From Candidatus Micrarchaeia archaeon (GTDB lineage Archaea > Micrarchaeota > Micrarchaeia > CAILAH01): a stretch of 64,000 nucleotides of DNA. Below are positions 18,210 to 28,768 of this stretch, in pieces; the first letter of the stretch is position 1; each line of letters begins with the position of its first letter. Under the pieces are notes generated by a model. It saw only the letters and a list, made by a program, of their open reading frames with translations. It was not told where the DNA came from and ran no database searches. The stretch covers positions 132,397 to 196,396 of the forward strand of contig JAVZCB010000001.1 in assembly GCA_038874595.1 (NCBI GenBank). The letters are read 5' to 3'. A program made the translations under genes and the position numbers.

Positions 18210-18887
18210 ATGATATTTATGGCCTATAAGTTATCTGCATCCTCTTTGTATCTATTCGAGGAATGTCCTCGTTGCTTCTGGCTTAAGCTTAACAAGAAAA
18301 TATCGCGGCCTGAGGTTGCATTCCCATCACTTCCCGCAGGTATGGACCACATATTAAAGGAGCATTTTGACAGCTATACGCTGCTCGGTGAGCTGCCCCC
18401 AGAGCTAAATGGTAAGGTTGCAGATTGTAAGCTGTTTGATGATGTTAAGGCGCTCAGGTCTATGAGGGCACCTAATGGGTCGCTGAAATGGGAGGATGAA
18501 GACGGTAATGTTTTATGTGGTGCGATTGATTGCCTTCTCGTAAAGGGGGATAGGGTTATCATTCTTGATTACAAGACGCGCGGGTATGCTATCAAGGAAG
18601 ACACGCATAAACATTACAATAACCAGATGGACATTTATGCGTTCCTTCTCCAGCAAGCTGGTTATAATATTGAAGATTATGCTTTCCTTTTGTTCTATTT
18701 CCCAAAACAAGTTAATCGTAACGGAGACTTTGTGTTTGATTCAAGACTTGTTAGGATAAATGTAAGCCCTGAGCGTGCAAGGAAATTATTCAGGAGAGGA
18801 GTAGAAGTTCTTAAGGGCCCAATGCCGGCACCATCACCAGATTGTGGGTTTTGCAGGTGGGCTGAAAAATTGAGCGTTCTCTATTGA
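18210..18887 (+). CDS. Cas4-like PD-(D/E)xK nuclease (DUF83), standalone
   Basis: N-terminal CPRC, core IDCLLVKGDRVIILDYKT (D...D/E-x-K) and C-terminal CGFCRW, consistent with the Cas4/RecB Fe-S nuclease pattern. No cas neighbours. Confidence 0.5.
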   Translation: MIFMAYKLSASSLYLFEECPRCFWLKLNKKISRPEVAFPSLPAGMDHILKEHFDSYTLLGELPPELNGKVADCKLFDDVKALRSMRAPNGSLKWEDEDGNVLCGAIDCLLVKGDRVIILDYKTRGYAIKEDTHKHYNNQMDIYAFLLQQAGYNIEDYAFLLFYFPKQVNRNGDFVFDSRLVRINVSPERARKLFRRGVEVLKGPMPAPSPDCGFCRWAEKLSVLY

Positions 18888-18934
18888 AAAATCCCAGGTA
18901 GCGTTTTATTTAAGATATTTCTGTGTAAATATAC

Positions 18935-19501
18935 ATGAGGGAAAAGGAGCTGATTATGATGGATATGTTCAAACCAAAACCAATGCCACGTGTGCAGGAT
19001 GCGAAATCACAGGCTGAGGAAAAGATATACACCAAAATCATAGGTGATGATGACGATGATGGCGGTGCGGCTGTTGCAGCTGCAGAAGACGTGCAGAAGC
19101 TGCCACAAAAGCCATCCTCAGGGGTTGTCAAGATTGAGCTTGCAAAAGTATTTTTCAAGTGTGGCCAGGAAGTTTCAGGAAGGGTCTCTGTAAAGATGAA
19201 CAAACCACTCAACGCAGAATCGCTGGTTGTTGCAGTGTGGGGGCAGAAAGCAGTTAATGTCCCTCCTTCACTGAGGAACCAAGGTGAGACAGGTGCAAGA
19301 CAGATTTTTGTGAGCCAGCGCTCGCGAGAGTTATCAGGCCCAAAGGTATTTGATGGTGAGCACGTGTTTGAATTTAAATTACCGATTGTTGCACCCATGC
19401 CCGACATTGCAGCAAACTATAGGTGGTATGTGGGCGCATCGCTTCTTGCACCACAGGAAGAAATCACCGATATGATTGAGATCAAAGTTGCAGATTACTA
19501 A
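18935..19501 (+). CDS. hypothetical protein (possibly arrestin/Spo0M-like beta-sandwich)
   Basis: Poly-D/A linker then VVKIELAKVFFKCGQEVSGRVSVKMNKP...FEFKLP pattern. Confidence 0.25.
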   Translation: MREKELIMMDMFKPKPMPRVQDAKSQAEEKIYTKIIGDDDDDGGAAVAAAEDVQKLPQKPSSGVVKIELAKVFFKCGQEVSGRVSVKMNKPLNAESLVVAVWGQKAVNVPPSLRNQGETGARQIFVSQRSRELSGPKVFDGEHVFEFKLPIVAPMPDIAANYRWYVGASLLAPQEEITDMIEIKVADY

Positions 19502-19581
19502 CTTATTTTGCCTTTTGTTCTTAATTTGTGGCCATACTCAGAAATATAAATATAATTCCTAATTATTTTAGCAGTGATAGT

Positions 19582-19794
19582 ATGTTTGGTTTGGAAGTAA
19601 ATGAAGGCACTATTGACCGAGCAGTACGTATCATTGTAGGGGTACTGGCTGCGGCGGTAGCATTTTTTAGGATGGTAATGCCTCCTCTTGACTTGCTATT
19701 GTATGTTATTGCAGTGGTATTGATTATAACAGGGATTACAGGCTTCTGCGGCCTTTACAGGCTATTGGGAATAAACACTCTAAGCAAGAAGTAA
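19582..19794 (+). CDS. DUF2892-family small membrane protein
   Basis: NEGTIDRAVRIIVG matches the NxxDRxxRxxxG signature; two TM helices; ~70 aa from the internal ATG. Confidence 0.5.
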   Translation: MFGLEVNEGTIDRAVRIIVGVLAAAVAFFRMVMPPLDLLLYVIAVVLIITGITGFCGLYRLLGINTLSKK

Positions 19795-19922
19795 CAATTC
19801 TTATAATGTTACAGTTTGTATTGGATGAACACAGAGACTAATCGAATTTTGTATTCTTCAATAAAACTGCAGTAATACATCCAATCAAAAATTTTTTATT
19901 TGTAATCTACCAGAATTGCGTC

Positions 19923-20633
19923 GTGCGCGTTACTGGCATAATTCCAATAGAAACCACAAGGCACATGCATAAGAGTAATCTGGCAAGGTTGCTTCCGCTA
20001 ACTGATATAATAGAAGCGCAGCACGCTGCCTGCGATTTTGTATCCGGATGGCAGATGCCTGCACACTTAAAGATATATTATAGGTGCTCACACGAGCTTG
20101 CAATGGGCAAGAAAAGTGTTGCATACTATAACTATATTGGCAACAAGCCGAGCAGGCGTAGGATAGTGGTGTTTATTGACAAGATGGTGCGGCGCCTTTA
20201 CAGGACGAAATCAAAAGAGCCGTATAAAGTCTACCTTGGCGGAGTGCTTGTGCATGAGTTTTGCCATGTAAGGGATTACAGTAACAGGTTCCCAATAGTA
20301 TTTAAGCAATACCAGCCTTTACAAAATGAAGAAGACAAAATGCTTACTTACATATATGACTTTATATGTGAAGCACATGCGGAAGAGCAGTGCACCTCTT
20401 TCATTCAAAAATATTCCCCAACATACAAGCCGTTGAGCATATTTAAGCTGTACCGTGAGCTGCTCACAGAGTTTAAGTCACCTATGTATATATACCGCAA
20501 GATTACTCGGTTGATTAATGTTTGTCGTTTAATACTCGGTGATGGATGGTTTTACAAGGTGGCTTTAAATCCACCTGATTTTGATGATTTGTCACATCCT
20601 GAGGAATATGCAGAATGGCTTGGTGGGATTTAA
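19923..20633 (+). CDS. hypothetical protein with an HExxH motif (possible SprT/WLM-like metalloprotease)
   Basis: GGVLVHEFCHV is a zincin-type motif; no other recognised domain. Confidence 0.3.
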   Translation: MRVTGIIPIETTRHMHKSNLARLLPLTDIIEAQHAACDFVSGWQMPAHLKIYYRCSHELAMGKKSVAYYNYIGNKPSRRRIVVFIDKMVRRLYRTKSKEPYKVYLGGVLVHEFCHVRDYSNRFPIVFKQYQPLQNEEDKMLTYIYDFICEAHAEEQCTSFIQKYSPTYKPLSIFKLYRELLTEFKSPMYIYRKITRLINVCRLILGDGWFYKVALNPPDFDDLSHPEEYAEWLGGI

Positions 20634-20658
20634 AATAATTTATGTATATATACCGTAA

Positions 20659-21783
20659 ATGGATTTTCTTGACGGGATACCAATAGATATGCTGCTTTCG
20701 ATACTGCCAGCTGTTGTGCTTTTCCTTTATGGTATAGAGCATTTCAGCAAAGAGATTCTAAAAGCATCAGGTGATTTCTTTCGATCAACAGTTCATAAGC
20801 TCACAAAAACTCCTGTTAGAGGCCTGGTTTCAGGAATGATTGTCTGCTCAATCATACAATCAAGTACAGCTACCACACTCATTGCAGTAGGCCTTGTAAA
20901 TGCAGGGCTCATCTCATTTTCACAGAGCTTGGGTGTGATATTTGGCGCAAACATAGGAACTGCGGTAACGGCACAGCTCATTGCACTTAAGCTTACTGCT
21001 TTTGCTCCTGTGTTCATTGTTATTGGCTTCATAGTGGATATTATAGGAGGAAAATACAAGTTTATCGGCAAGCCGCTGTTTTATTTCGGCCTTGTATTCT
21101 TCTCTCTCACTCTTTTATCCGGCTCGGTAGAGGTGCTTAAGGATAATCCACAGGTACTTAGTTTGTTTTCGCACTTCACAAACCCATTATGGGGAGTTTT
21201 TGTTGGCTTTATTGTAACAAACCTGTTCCAGTCAAGCTCGGTAACTACTGGCATTGTGGTCATTTTTGCACAGGGCGGCCTGATTGGATTTAGTGATGCG
21301 CTCCTGCTCATACTTGGCGCTAACATTGGCACAACTGTGACAACACTACTAGCGTCAACAAGGATGGACCTTGCAGCGAGGAGGGCAGCGGCAGCACATT
21401 TCCTGTTTAATGTGCTAGGTGTAATACTGATACTCCCATTCCTTCCACAATTCAGTGCGTTTGTAGAGTCGCTGGGTGGTGATGAAGGCCAAATGGTTGC
21501 AAATGCACATATGCTGTTCAACGTATCTGCAGCGCTTTTGTTCTTGCTTGCACTCGGCCCATTCGAGATACTTGTGAAACGGCTCGTGCCGGGAGAGCAA
21601 AAAGAGATCGTGCTCGCTCCAAAATACCTAAATGGCGAAGTACCAAAGGATAATACCGAAGCGTTTAAGCTGGTTGAAAAAGAGATACATCATATGATGG
21701 ACGTGTCGCGTGATATGTACGATGAGGTTATACATTCCATACAGGCAAGAAAGGATTGCCGCAGCCGTGTTGATAAGCTTTAG
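20659..21783 (+). CDS. Na+/phosphate cotransporter family protein (NptA type, PF02690 repeats)
   Basis: Duplicated GANIGTAVT / GANIGTTVT motifs in a multi-TM protein; ends at TAG 21781-21783. Confidence 0.75.
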   Translation: MDFLDGIPIDMLLSILPAVVLFLYGIEHFSKEILKASGDFFRSTVHKLTKTPVRGLVSGMIVCSIIQSSTATTLIAVGLVNAGLISFSQSLGVIFGANIGTAVTAQLIALKLTAFAPVFIVIGFIVDIIGGKYKFIGKPLFYFGLVFFSLTLLSGSVEVLKDNPQVLSLFSHFTNPLWGVFVGFIVTNLFQSSSVTTGIVVIFAQGGLIGFSDALLLILGANIGTTVTTLLASTRMDLAARRAAAAHFLFNVLGVILILPFLPQFSAFVESLGGDEGQMVANAHMLFNVSAALLFLLALGPFEILVKRLVPGEQKEIVLAPKYLNGEVPKDNTEAFKLVEKEIHHMMDVSRDMYDEVIHSIQARKDCRSRVDKL

Positions 21784-21795
21784 GCATATACCGAT

Positions 21796-22257
21796 TTGCT
21801 TGATGACCAAATTAGCATGGCACTGCTTAAAATCTCACAGCGTGAACTTACTAAAAAGGAGGTGGAGCATATAGTGCTACTCACGCGCATATCCAACCAA
21901 GTTGAGCAGTTTGCGGATTCGATAAAAATAATCAGCAATCTTTATTCAAACCTTCGCGACCGGGGTGTTTATCTTTCAGATGAATCAATGGCGGCATTTC
22001 TTAGCTGTTCAGTTATGGTACGGGAGAACCTTGAGCTGCTGCTTGAGAGCGAACTCAATAAGATGGATGATAAAACGGTTTCAAGGATGCGACAGAACGA
22101 TGATAAGCTGCGCGCAGAGATTAACAGTGCATACAAAGAGCATCTCAAACGTATTCAAATGAAATCCTCAAACTATGGGAGCCTATTTATTGAGATGCTT
22201 TCCACGCTTGACAATGCCAACGATCGCCTGAGAACTATACGTAAGATGTTGCAGTAA
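21796..22257 (+). CDS. PhoU-like domain protein, probably the C-terminal part of the preceding transporter
   Basis: Same reading frame as 20659-21783, 12 nt after its TAG. The ORF track starts it at TTG; the first ATG is at 21817. PhoU-like helical repeats are present. Confidence 0.45.
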   Translation: MLDDQISMALLKISQRELTKKEVEHIVLLTRISNQVEQFADSIKIISNLYSNLRDRGVYLSDESMAAFLSCSVMVRENLELLLESELNKMDDKTVSRMRQNDDKLRAEINSAYKEHLKRIQMKSSNYGSLFIEMLSTLDNANDRLRTIRKMLQ

Positions 22258-22354
22258 TCAGGTATCTATAAATCAAAGGATGTTACGCATATGCCAATAT
22301 AAGTATGCTTATTATTTTTTATATTCCATATTTGGTTCTGGCAAGGTGCTGCTT

Positions 22355-23323
22355 ATGATACAGGAGCGTGGTTTATTTGGCCTTAATATGACCATATTGG
22401 TTACGTCAGTGTTGGTGTTTGGTGTAATCGCAGGTATACTTGGCGTGATATTGCTTTATGCTGGTGTTACAGGGGAAGGTGCAATACTGCTTTGGCTTAT
22501 TATATCGTTCCTTATGATATTCTTGCAGTGGTATTTTGGACCCGCGCTTATACGCTTTGTGACCGGTGCCCGAGAGGTTAAGCCTGAGGAGGCACCTAAG
22601 CTGCACGCTATGCTTGACCGGCTGAGTAGTGAAGCCGGCATCCCAAAGCCGAAACTCTATGTAGTTAACAACCGCACACCCAATGCATTTGCATTCGGTA
22701 GGACACAGGGCAGCTCAGGCATTGCCGTGCACACTGGTCTTCTTGAAGTGCTTAATGAGGATGAAGTGGAAGCTGTGCTGGCACACGAGGTTGGCCATAT
22801 CAAGCACCGTGACGTGCTGGTGATGACAGTTGCAAGCTCGCTTCCTGTGATGTTATATTACGCAGTGCTCATATTTGGAGGTGGTAATGACCGCGAGCGC
22901 GGGCTCGGTAGCATAATGCTTACGTTTATAGGAGCAATAATTGCACAGCTCATAGGTCAGCTGATGGTGATGTGGCTGTCAAGAAGGCGTGAGTATTATG
23001 CAGATGCATTTGCAGCGTATGCCACCCGTAAGCCGGAACTGCTTATGAGCGCACTTGCGAAAATCACTTACAAGGCAGGCCCGGAGCCTGCAGCGTCTGG
23101 CTTATCTTCACTTTATATTGCAGACCCGTCACCCCCAGAGAAGGAAAAAGTGGCTGAAATTGCCCGTGCGCTGGGTACAGGCAATCCTGCGCTTATTGAA
23201 AGTGCAATACAGAATGAGGTGCAAAAAGCTGGTGTTTTTGAGATATTCATGACACATCCGCTTACTGCAAAGAGACTCGCTGCACTCTGGGAGATTAAAA
23301 AAGAGAATGAATTTGCAGCATAA
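22355..23323 (+). CDS. htpX: M48/HtpX-family zinc metalloprotease (second paralog)
   Basis: NAFAFGR...VLAHEVGHIKHRD, EYYADAF. Start moved to MIQERG (22355) because a TATA-like run sits at ~22312-22324. Confidence 0.75.
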   Translation: MIQERGLFGLNMTILVTSVLVFGVIAGILGVILLYAGVTGEGAILLWLIISFLMIFLQWYFGPALIRFVTGAREVKPEEAPKLHAMLDRLSSEAGIPKPKLYVVNNRTPNAFAFGRTQGSSGIAVHTGLLEVLNEDEVEAVLAHEVGHIKHRDVLVMTVASSLPVMLYYAVLIFGGGNDRERGLGSIMLTFIGAIIAQLIGQLMVMWLSRRREYYADAFAAYATRKPELLMSALAKITYKAGPEPAASGLSSLYIADPSPPEKEKVAEIARALGTGNPALIESAIQNEVQKAGVFEIFMTHPLTAKRLAALWEIKKENEFAA

Positions 23324-23377
23324 GAGCTTATGTATGATATGAAAGCTGTAATAAATATAGGTACCTGGCTAGTATGA

Positions 23378-24691
23378 GTGGTGTATATGGTTAAAAAGCA
23401 GGAACTTAAGCGTGAACTGGGCCTGTTCCAAGTTACAATGGCAGGTGTTGGATATATTTTAGGTGCAGGTATTTACGTGCTAATTGGTTTAGCTGCGGGC
23501 TATGCAGGTAATGCAACGTGGATTTCTTTCTTGTTAGGTTCTTTTGCAGCAATATTTACAGGACTTTCATATGCGGAATTGAGCTCTATGATGCCACGCA
23601 ACGCCAGTGAGTTCCTTTATGGAAAGCGCTCACTGGGTGAACTGTTCGGGTTTTTTGGGGCGTTTATGATGATGTTTTCAGCCATACTTGCATCAACGTC
23701 AGTGGCGCTTGGGTTTGCAAAGTATTTTTCATCGATGTTTGGTACGGACTCTATCGTACTGATTGCAGCAGGCATTATCATTTTGCTTACATACATTAAC
23801 TGGAAGAGCATAAAGGGCAGCTCAAACCTTAACATATTGTGTACTTTTGCAGAACTCGGAGGTCTGCTCATAATAATTGCGCTTGCATTGTTATATGGCA
23901 GTTCAGTTGACTTATTTGAGATGCCGAACGGCTTTGGTGGTGTGTTTAAGGGTGCTGCATTGGTGTTCTTTGCATACCTCGGGTTTGAAGGGCTGGTTAA
24001 GTTGGCAGAAGAGACAAAAGAGCCACATAAAACAATTCCACAGGCGCTTGTTCTCTCAATAATAATAACTTCGCTGGTATATATTGCAGTGGCAATTTCA
24101 GCAGTAAGTGTACTTGATTGGCATGAGCTTGCCGCATCAAAAGCACCATTGGCGGATGTTGCCTCAAAAGTTATGGGAAGTAATGCGTTTATACTTCTAA
24201 GCATAATTGCACTGTTTTCAACAGCCAACACTGTATTGATGGGGCTCGTGACATCTTCTCGCGGGCTTTACGGCCTTGCAACAGAATTCAAAAAGATAGG
24301 TGTTTTTGCAAGAGTGGGCAATACGGGCACACCAACCAACGCAGTTGTTATTACTGCCATCGTTGCAATATTGTTTTTGCTTATAGGGAGCATTTCTATT
24401 GTAGCGGAGCTTACAAACTTTACAATATTCATGACTTTTATTATAGTAAACCTATCTGTAATATTCCTCCGGTTAAAGGAACCACGAGCCAAGAGGCCGT
24501 TTAAAGTGCCGCTTAGCATTGGGCGTGTGCCTATACTGCCCGTGCTTGGGATTCTTACAGTTATATTCCTAACACTTAATCTTGAACCGTATGTTATCAT
24601 AGGTGGGATAATTTTTAGCCTGCTTGTAGTGCCTCTTTATTATTTTATTAGGAATCACGGTGGCAGAACAAAAAATAGGAAAACTATTTAA
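23378..24691 (+). CDS. APC-superfamily amino acid permease
   Basis: GLFQVTMAGVGYILGAGIYVLIG N-terminal consensus; 12 TM helices. Confidence 0.8.
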   Translation: MVYMVKKQELKRELGLFQVTMAGVGYILGAGIYVLIGLAAGYAGNATWISFLLGSFAAIFTGLSYAELSSMMPRNASEFLYGKRSLGELFGFFGAFMMMFSAILASTSVALGFAKYFSSMFGTDSIVLIAAGIIILLTYINWKSIKGSSNLNILCTFAELGGLLIIIALALLYGSSVDLFEMPNGFGGVFKGAALVFFAYLGFEGLVKLAEETKEPHKTIPQALVLSIIITSLVYIAVAISAVSVLDWHELAASKAPLADVASKVMGSNAFILLSIIALFSTANTVLMGLVTSSRGLYGLATEFKKIGVFARVGNTGTPTNAVVITAIVAILFLLIGSISIVAELTNFTIFMTFIIVNLSVIFLRLKEPRAKRPFKVPLSIGRVPILPVLGILTVIFLTLNLEPYVIIGGIIFSLLVVPLYYFIRNHGGRTKNRKTI

Positions 24692-24714
24692 GATATACTT
24701 TTTCCAAAAAATCT

Positions 24715-25299
24715 ATGAAGTTAAGGTATAGATATCCATCGGATTTAACAGCAAAGAACTGTAATGAGTTAGCTACTAACAGAAAAGAGTACGTAAAAGC
24801 ACTGGCTTCAAGGTATTTCAGGCTCCAGCATGGGAAAAGCATACTTTTAAAAAAACAAAAAGAATACAATAACGATCAGCAGAATCAGGATATATTGACA
24901 TTGCAATTGTGGAAAAATCACAATAAGATCCGTAAGCAGGAAGCGATGTTGCTCGCTACAATTAAAAATAAATCAGACTTCTATTCTGCTTTGCAAGGTG
25001 TTTATGACGATTACAAAAATCACGAGGTAAAACTCAAGGAATCCCTATTGAAAAATCATATTATGTATGCGATCATAATGTTCCAGATATTTCTTAATGG
25101 TATAATTGTTTATTGTAAAGAGCTTTCAGCAAAAGTGGCAATTTTTATTGGGGGTGCGGGAGTTTTTACAATATTTGCAGGAATGAGCAGTTTTTTGGAT
25201 TCTCTGCATAAAAATAAGGATTATAAATTACTTGAAACAACCTATAACCGAACAATTGAAAAGTTTACAGAGATTTTTAAAGATAGAGGGTTTATATAG
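24715..25299 (+). CDS. hypothetical membrane protein
   Basis: AT-rich, N/K-rich, two C-terminal TM segments; no motif. Confidence 0.3.
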   Translation: MKLRYRYPSDLTAKNCNELATNRKEYVKALASRYFRLQHGKSILLKKQKEYNNDQQNQDILTLQLWKNHNKIRKQEAMLLATIKNKSDFYSALQGVYDDYKNHEVKLKESLLKNHIMYAIIMFQIFLNGIIVYCKELSAKVAIFIGGAGVFTIFAGMSSFLDSLHKNKDYKLLETTYNRTIEKFTEIFKDRGFI

Positions 25300-25555
25300 A
25301 GAAATAAATTAAGAAATTCTAATATTTTATTAGAATTGATAGAATCAAGCAATTTTTTAGATTTTCTAAAAAGATATGGGTTTTATGTTTTAAAACTGTT
25401 TTAATCTATACCAACTGTTGATTTTTTTGGTAAACACAATGGGATAAAATACTTTATTGATAAACCGATTTGGAAGCTATAAACTCCTTTTTAAAAAGTT
25501 GATTTACCATTATGATGTTTAATGAAAATTTTTGATAGTACAACCTTGCTTGCAG

Positions 25556-25728
25556 CCCAAACTGGACCAGAAACAATGAAAACAGCTGGTGAGAAGGGTT
25601 TTTGTTTACTGCATCAGTAACTGTGCCAGCATTGCTGAAAATGCTGTTTACTTAAGCAGTTTACGATTTTTTACTTACTAAAATTTACGACGGAGAAAAG
25701 AGTTTGCATCTTTGGTCCAGTTTTGGCC
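25556..25728. repeat. element bounded by a ~19-bp near-perfect inverted repeat
   Basis: GCCCAAACTGGACCAGAAA at 25556-25574 versus TCTTTGGTCCAGTTTTGGCC at 25709-25728, flanking ~135 bp of non-coding sequence. Confidence 0.3.
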
Positions 25729-25879
25729 TGTGTACTAGGGGTAAATGCAAAAATAGTTATAAAAAATATTTTTGAATATTATATTAGATTTTCTAATAGT
25801 TTTTTAGAAAACAATATTCAAAAATAATATTCAAAATAATTAAAAGATAGAAAACCCAAAGGGTGCTAAAACTTTTTCT

Positions 25880-26275
25880 CTATCTCTTTAAAGAGCCAAG
25901 TGCAAATTTAATAAACTCGCTTAATGTGCCACCACCATTATGGTTCCACACTTTTGCAAGCTCCTTGTACTCATCCACTTCTTTTTTGTATTCTGAAAGG
26001 TGCTTTTCATATTGCGCTCTCTCATGTACTCCGGGGACCCAATGATAAGGGCATGCGCGGGAGTTTAAGCTTTGAAACCCTTCCTTTGTGGGCGAGAATG
26101 GATAGGTGCGGCAGAGCATAGGCCTGCTCTGATAGATTGAACAGCCCTCTGAAAAATAAAACAGGCATATGCGGTTATTATGAAGCTCTTTTTCCATATA
26201 AGCGGGATAGGCAGGGCCAATCCGCTTGTTATAAAGCTCTTTCCACTTAAGCACGATTAAAGAGCTCCCCTTCAA
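25880..26275 (-). CDS. YkgJ/UPF0153-like Cys-cluster protein, C-terminal motif only; TTG start per ORF track
   Basis: CLFYFSEGCSIYQSRPMLCRTYPF matches the family's C-terminal half. The N-terminal CxxCxxCC half was not found in frame. Confidence 0.35.
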   Translation of the reverse strand: MKGSSLIVLKWKELYNKRIGPAYPAYMEKELHNNRICLFYFSEGCSIYQSRPMLCRTYPFSPTKEGFQSLNSRACPYHWVPGVHERAQYEKHLSEYKKEVDEYKELAKVWNHNGGGTLSEFIKFALGSLKR

Positions 26276-26525
26276 TAAGGACAGCTGGCTCTGGGCGTTC
26301 CCGGCCTTCCTGCTCTGGGATCACGTGCAAAAAGTCTTCAGGTTCTAATCCAGTGGCTTTCTTTATTCTAAGAATATCATATGGATTAACACAAACCTTT
26401 AATTGTGTGTAATACCTTCCACAATGAAATCATCAGGTCGTTTTAATTATATTGACGATTTCCATGGGGTTATATAATATATTCTAACATAATGTTAGAA
26501 TTTCTAAATCTTTTTGAATAGATGC

Positions 26526-28736
26526 TTATTCAATTCGCATCAATAATGAATTTGAAACAACAGATATTGAGCTAAAAACCATTGCTATTCCAGCAATTAC
26601 TGGATTAAGAAGAAATCCATTAATTGGGTAAAGAACACCCATGGCAACCGGAATACTTACTATATTGTAGAAAAATGCCCAGAACAGATTTTGTTTTATC
26701 TTCTCATAGACGTACTTGCTGAGCTGTACCGCCGTAACAAGATCTGTCAAATTGTTCTTTACAAGAACAACGTTACCACTTTCTATGGCAACATCTGTTC
26801 CAGCACCTATTGCAACCCCTATGTTCGCCTGAGCAAGTGCAGGCGCATCGTTTATGCCATCTCCAACAAATGCAACCTTTTTCCCTGAAGACTGTAATTC
26901 CCTTACCCTAGCAGCCTTCTCATGTGGGAGTACGTTTGAAAGCACCTCATCTATTCCAGCCTCTTTTGCAATTGCCTGTGCAACCTGCTTATTATCTCCT
27001 GTTATCATCATGGTTTTATATCCAAGAGAGTGAAGTTTTGCTATTGTCACACGTGAATCTTCCTTTATTGTATCTGCTATCGCAAGCAACCCTATAATCC
27101 TATTGTTGACTGCAACAAAAACAACCGTTTTACCTTGTAATTCAAGCTTACGATATATTGATTCATAAACAATTCCCTTAATCTTGTGCATGCTCATTAA
27201 AGCAATGTTCCCAATTAGTACCTTCTTTCCTGAAACAACTGCTGCAATCCCATACCCTTCAATAGCATTAAAGTGAGAGGACTTAAGGATACGAACTTTT
27301 GCGTCCTTTGCTTTATTAACAATTGCCTGAGCAAGAGGATGCTCTGAGTTTTTTTCTGCTGATGCTGCGATTATAAGCAGTTCTTTCTGAGAACCTATAA
27401 CTGGGATGATATCCGTAACAACTGCCTTCCCTTTAGTTATCGTACCTGTCTTATCCAGAATAATCGTGTCAACCTTGTGAAGGTTTTCAAGACTCTCAGC
27501 ATCTTTGAAAAGAATACCTTTATCAGCACCCTTACCAGTACCGAGTACAATGGCAGTTGGAGTGGCAAGACCCATAGCACACGGACACGCGATTATGATG
27601 GTTGCAACAAATGTGGAGAGCGCAAATGTTAGAGATTGACCTACAACAAAGTACCAATATATAAATGCAGTAAGTGCTAAAACTAGTACCATCCATACAA
27701 AATATCCAGAAACGATATCTGCAAGTTTCTGTACTGGTGCCTTACTGCTTTGTGCATTTTCAACAAGATGTATTATTTGAGCGAGCAAGGTCTCGCTTCC
27801 AACCTTACTAGCCTTAAACTTAAATGACCCAGTTTTGTTTGTAGTTGCACCTATTACAGTATCACCTTTCTTCTTATATACAGGGAGACTTTCACCAGTA
27901 ATCATGCTTTCATCAATACTGCTTGCACCCTCTAAAATAATACCATCGACGGGTATTTTTTCTCCTGGCCTGACAATGACTATATCTCCAACTTGCACAT
28001 CACTTACATTTACTTCAACTTCCTTACCTCTTCGTATGACCCTTGCCATCTTTGGTTGTAATCCGATCAACTTTTTTATTGCTTCAGAGGTCTTTCCCTT
28101 AACAACTGCCTCCATATACTTTCCGATCGTGATAAACGTGATAATAAGTGCAGATGTCTCATAGTACATACTACCTTGTATTATATTAAAACCAGTTAGT
28201 ATGCTATACAAATATCCTGTCCCTACTCCTAATAGAACAAGACTATCCATTCCGGGCATCATGCTCAAAAAGCTGTGCACACCTCTAATAAAAGTCTCTC
28301 GGTTTATATAAAGAACAATTGATGTAAGAATAAACTGTGCAAGTGGAGTACCAGATATTATCATCTCTGGATATGTGATAGCTACGGTTCCATGCAACAT
28401 CTCAGGCAAAGCAAGGAGTAATATAAGGAGTGTGAGTATTATAGAATGAATTGCTCGTTGTTTCATATTCTGCATTTCACGTTCACGGGCCCTTTTTTCA
28501 ATATCTTCAAGAACAGGTTGTGCCTCTTCCTTTATATTGGTCTTATAACCGAGACTCTCAATCGTACTAGATATTGTGCGTAAATCCGCTGGTGCATCAT
28601 ACTCCACTAATGCTGTGTTGTTTACAAAGCTTACATTTGCCGAAGCCACTCCGGCTATTTTCCTCAACTTGTTCTCTATGTTTACTGCACAACTCGTACA
28701 ATGCATACCACTTATGTATACTTTTAACTTTTTCAT
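26526..28736 (-). CDS. copA: copper-exporting P1B-type ATPase
   Basis: N-terminal HMA GMHCTSC, CPC motif in [27 protein letters not shown]. Confidence 0.9.
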   Translation of the reverse strand: MKKLKVYISGMHCTSCAVNIENKLRKIAGVASANVSFVNNTALVEYDAPADLRTISSTIESLGYKTNIKEEAQPVLEDIEKRAREREMQNMKQRAIHSIILTLLILLLALPEMLHGTVAITYPEMIISGTPLAQFILTSIVLYINRETFIRGVHSFLSMMPGMDSLVLLGVGTGYLYSILTGFNIIQGSMYYETSALIITFITIGKYMEAVVKGKTSEAIKKLIGLQPKMARVIRRGKEVEVNVSDVQVGDIVIVRPGEKIPVDGIILEGASSIDESMITGESLPVYKKKGDTVIGATTNKTGSFKFKASKVGSETLLAQIIHLVENAQSSKAPVQKLADIVSGYFVWMVLVLALTAFIYWYFVVGQSLTFALSTFVATIIIACPCAMGLATPTAIVLGTGKGADKGILFKDAESLENLHKVDTIILDKTGTITKGKAVVTDIIPVIGSQKELLIIAASAEKNSEHPLAQAIVNKAKDAKVRILKSSHFNAIEGYGIAAVVSGKKVLIGNIALMSMHKIKGIVYESIYRKLELQGKTVVFVAVNNRIIGLLAIADTIKEDSRVTIAKLHSLGYKTMMITGDNKQVAQAIAKEAGIDEVLSNVLPHEKAARVRELQSSGKKVAFVGDGINDAPALAQANIGVAIGAGTDVAIESGNVVLVKNNLTDLVTAVQLSKYVYEKIKQNLFWAFFYNIVSIPVAMGVLYPINGFLLNPVIAGIAMVFSSISVVSNSLLMRIE

Positions 28737-28768
28737 AGAATCATCTCTAGTTATCTAGAATTACAATT

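Noticed and set aside
21781-21783. TAG read as pyrrolysine or reassigned sense codon.
   Set aside because: TAG terminates other well-supported genes in the window (elp3 at 15693-15695, pcrB at 13653-13655), so global recoding is unlikely. Nonsense mutation or a genuine split is more parsimonious.
26276-26420. Possible N-terminal CxxCxxCC half of the YkgJ-like protein upstream of its TTG start.
   Set aside because: The in-frame extension hits a stop after 22 codons. Other frames give only short peptides with no Cys cluster. The N-terminal half is absent or the gene is degraded.
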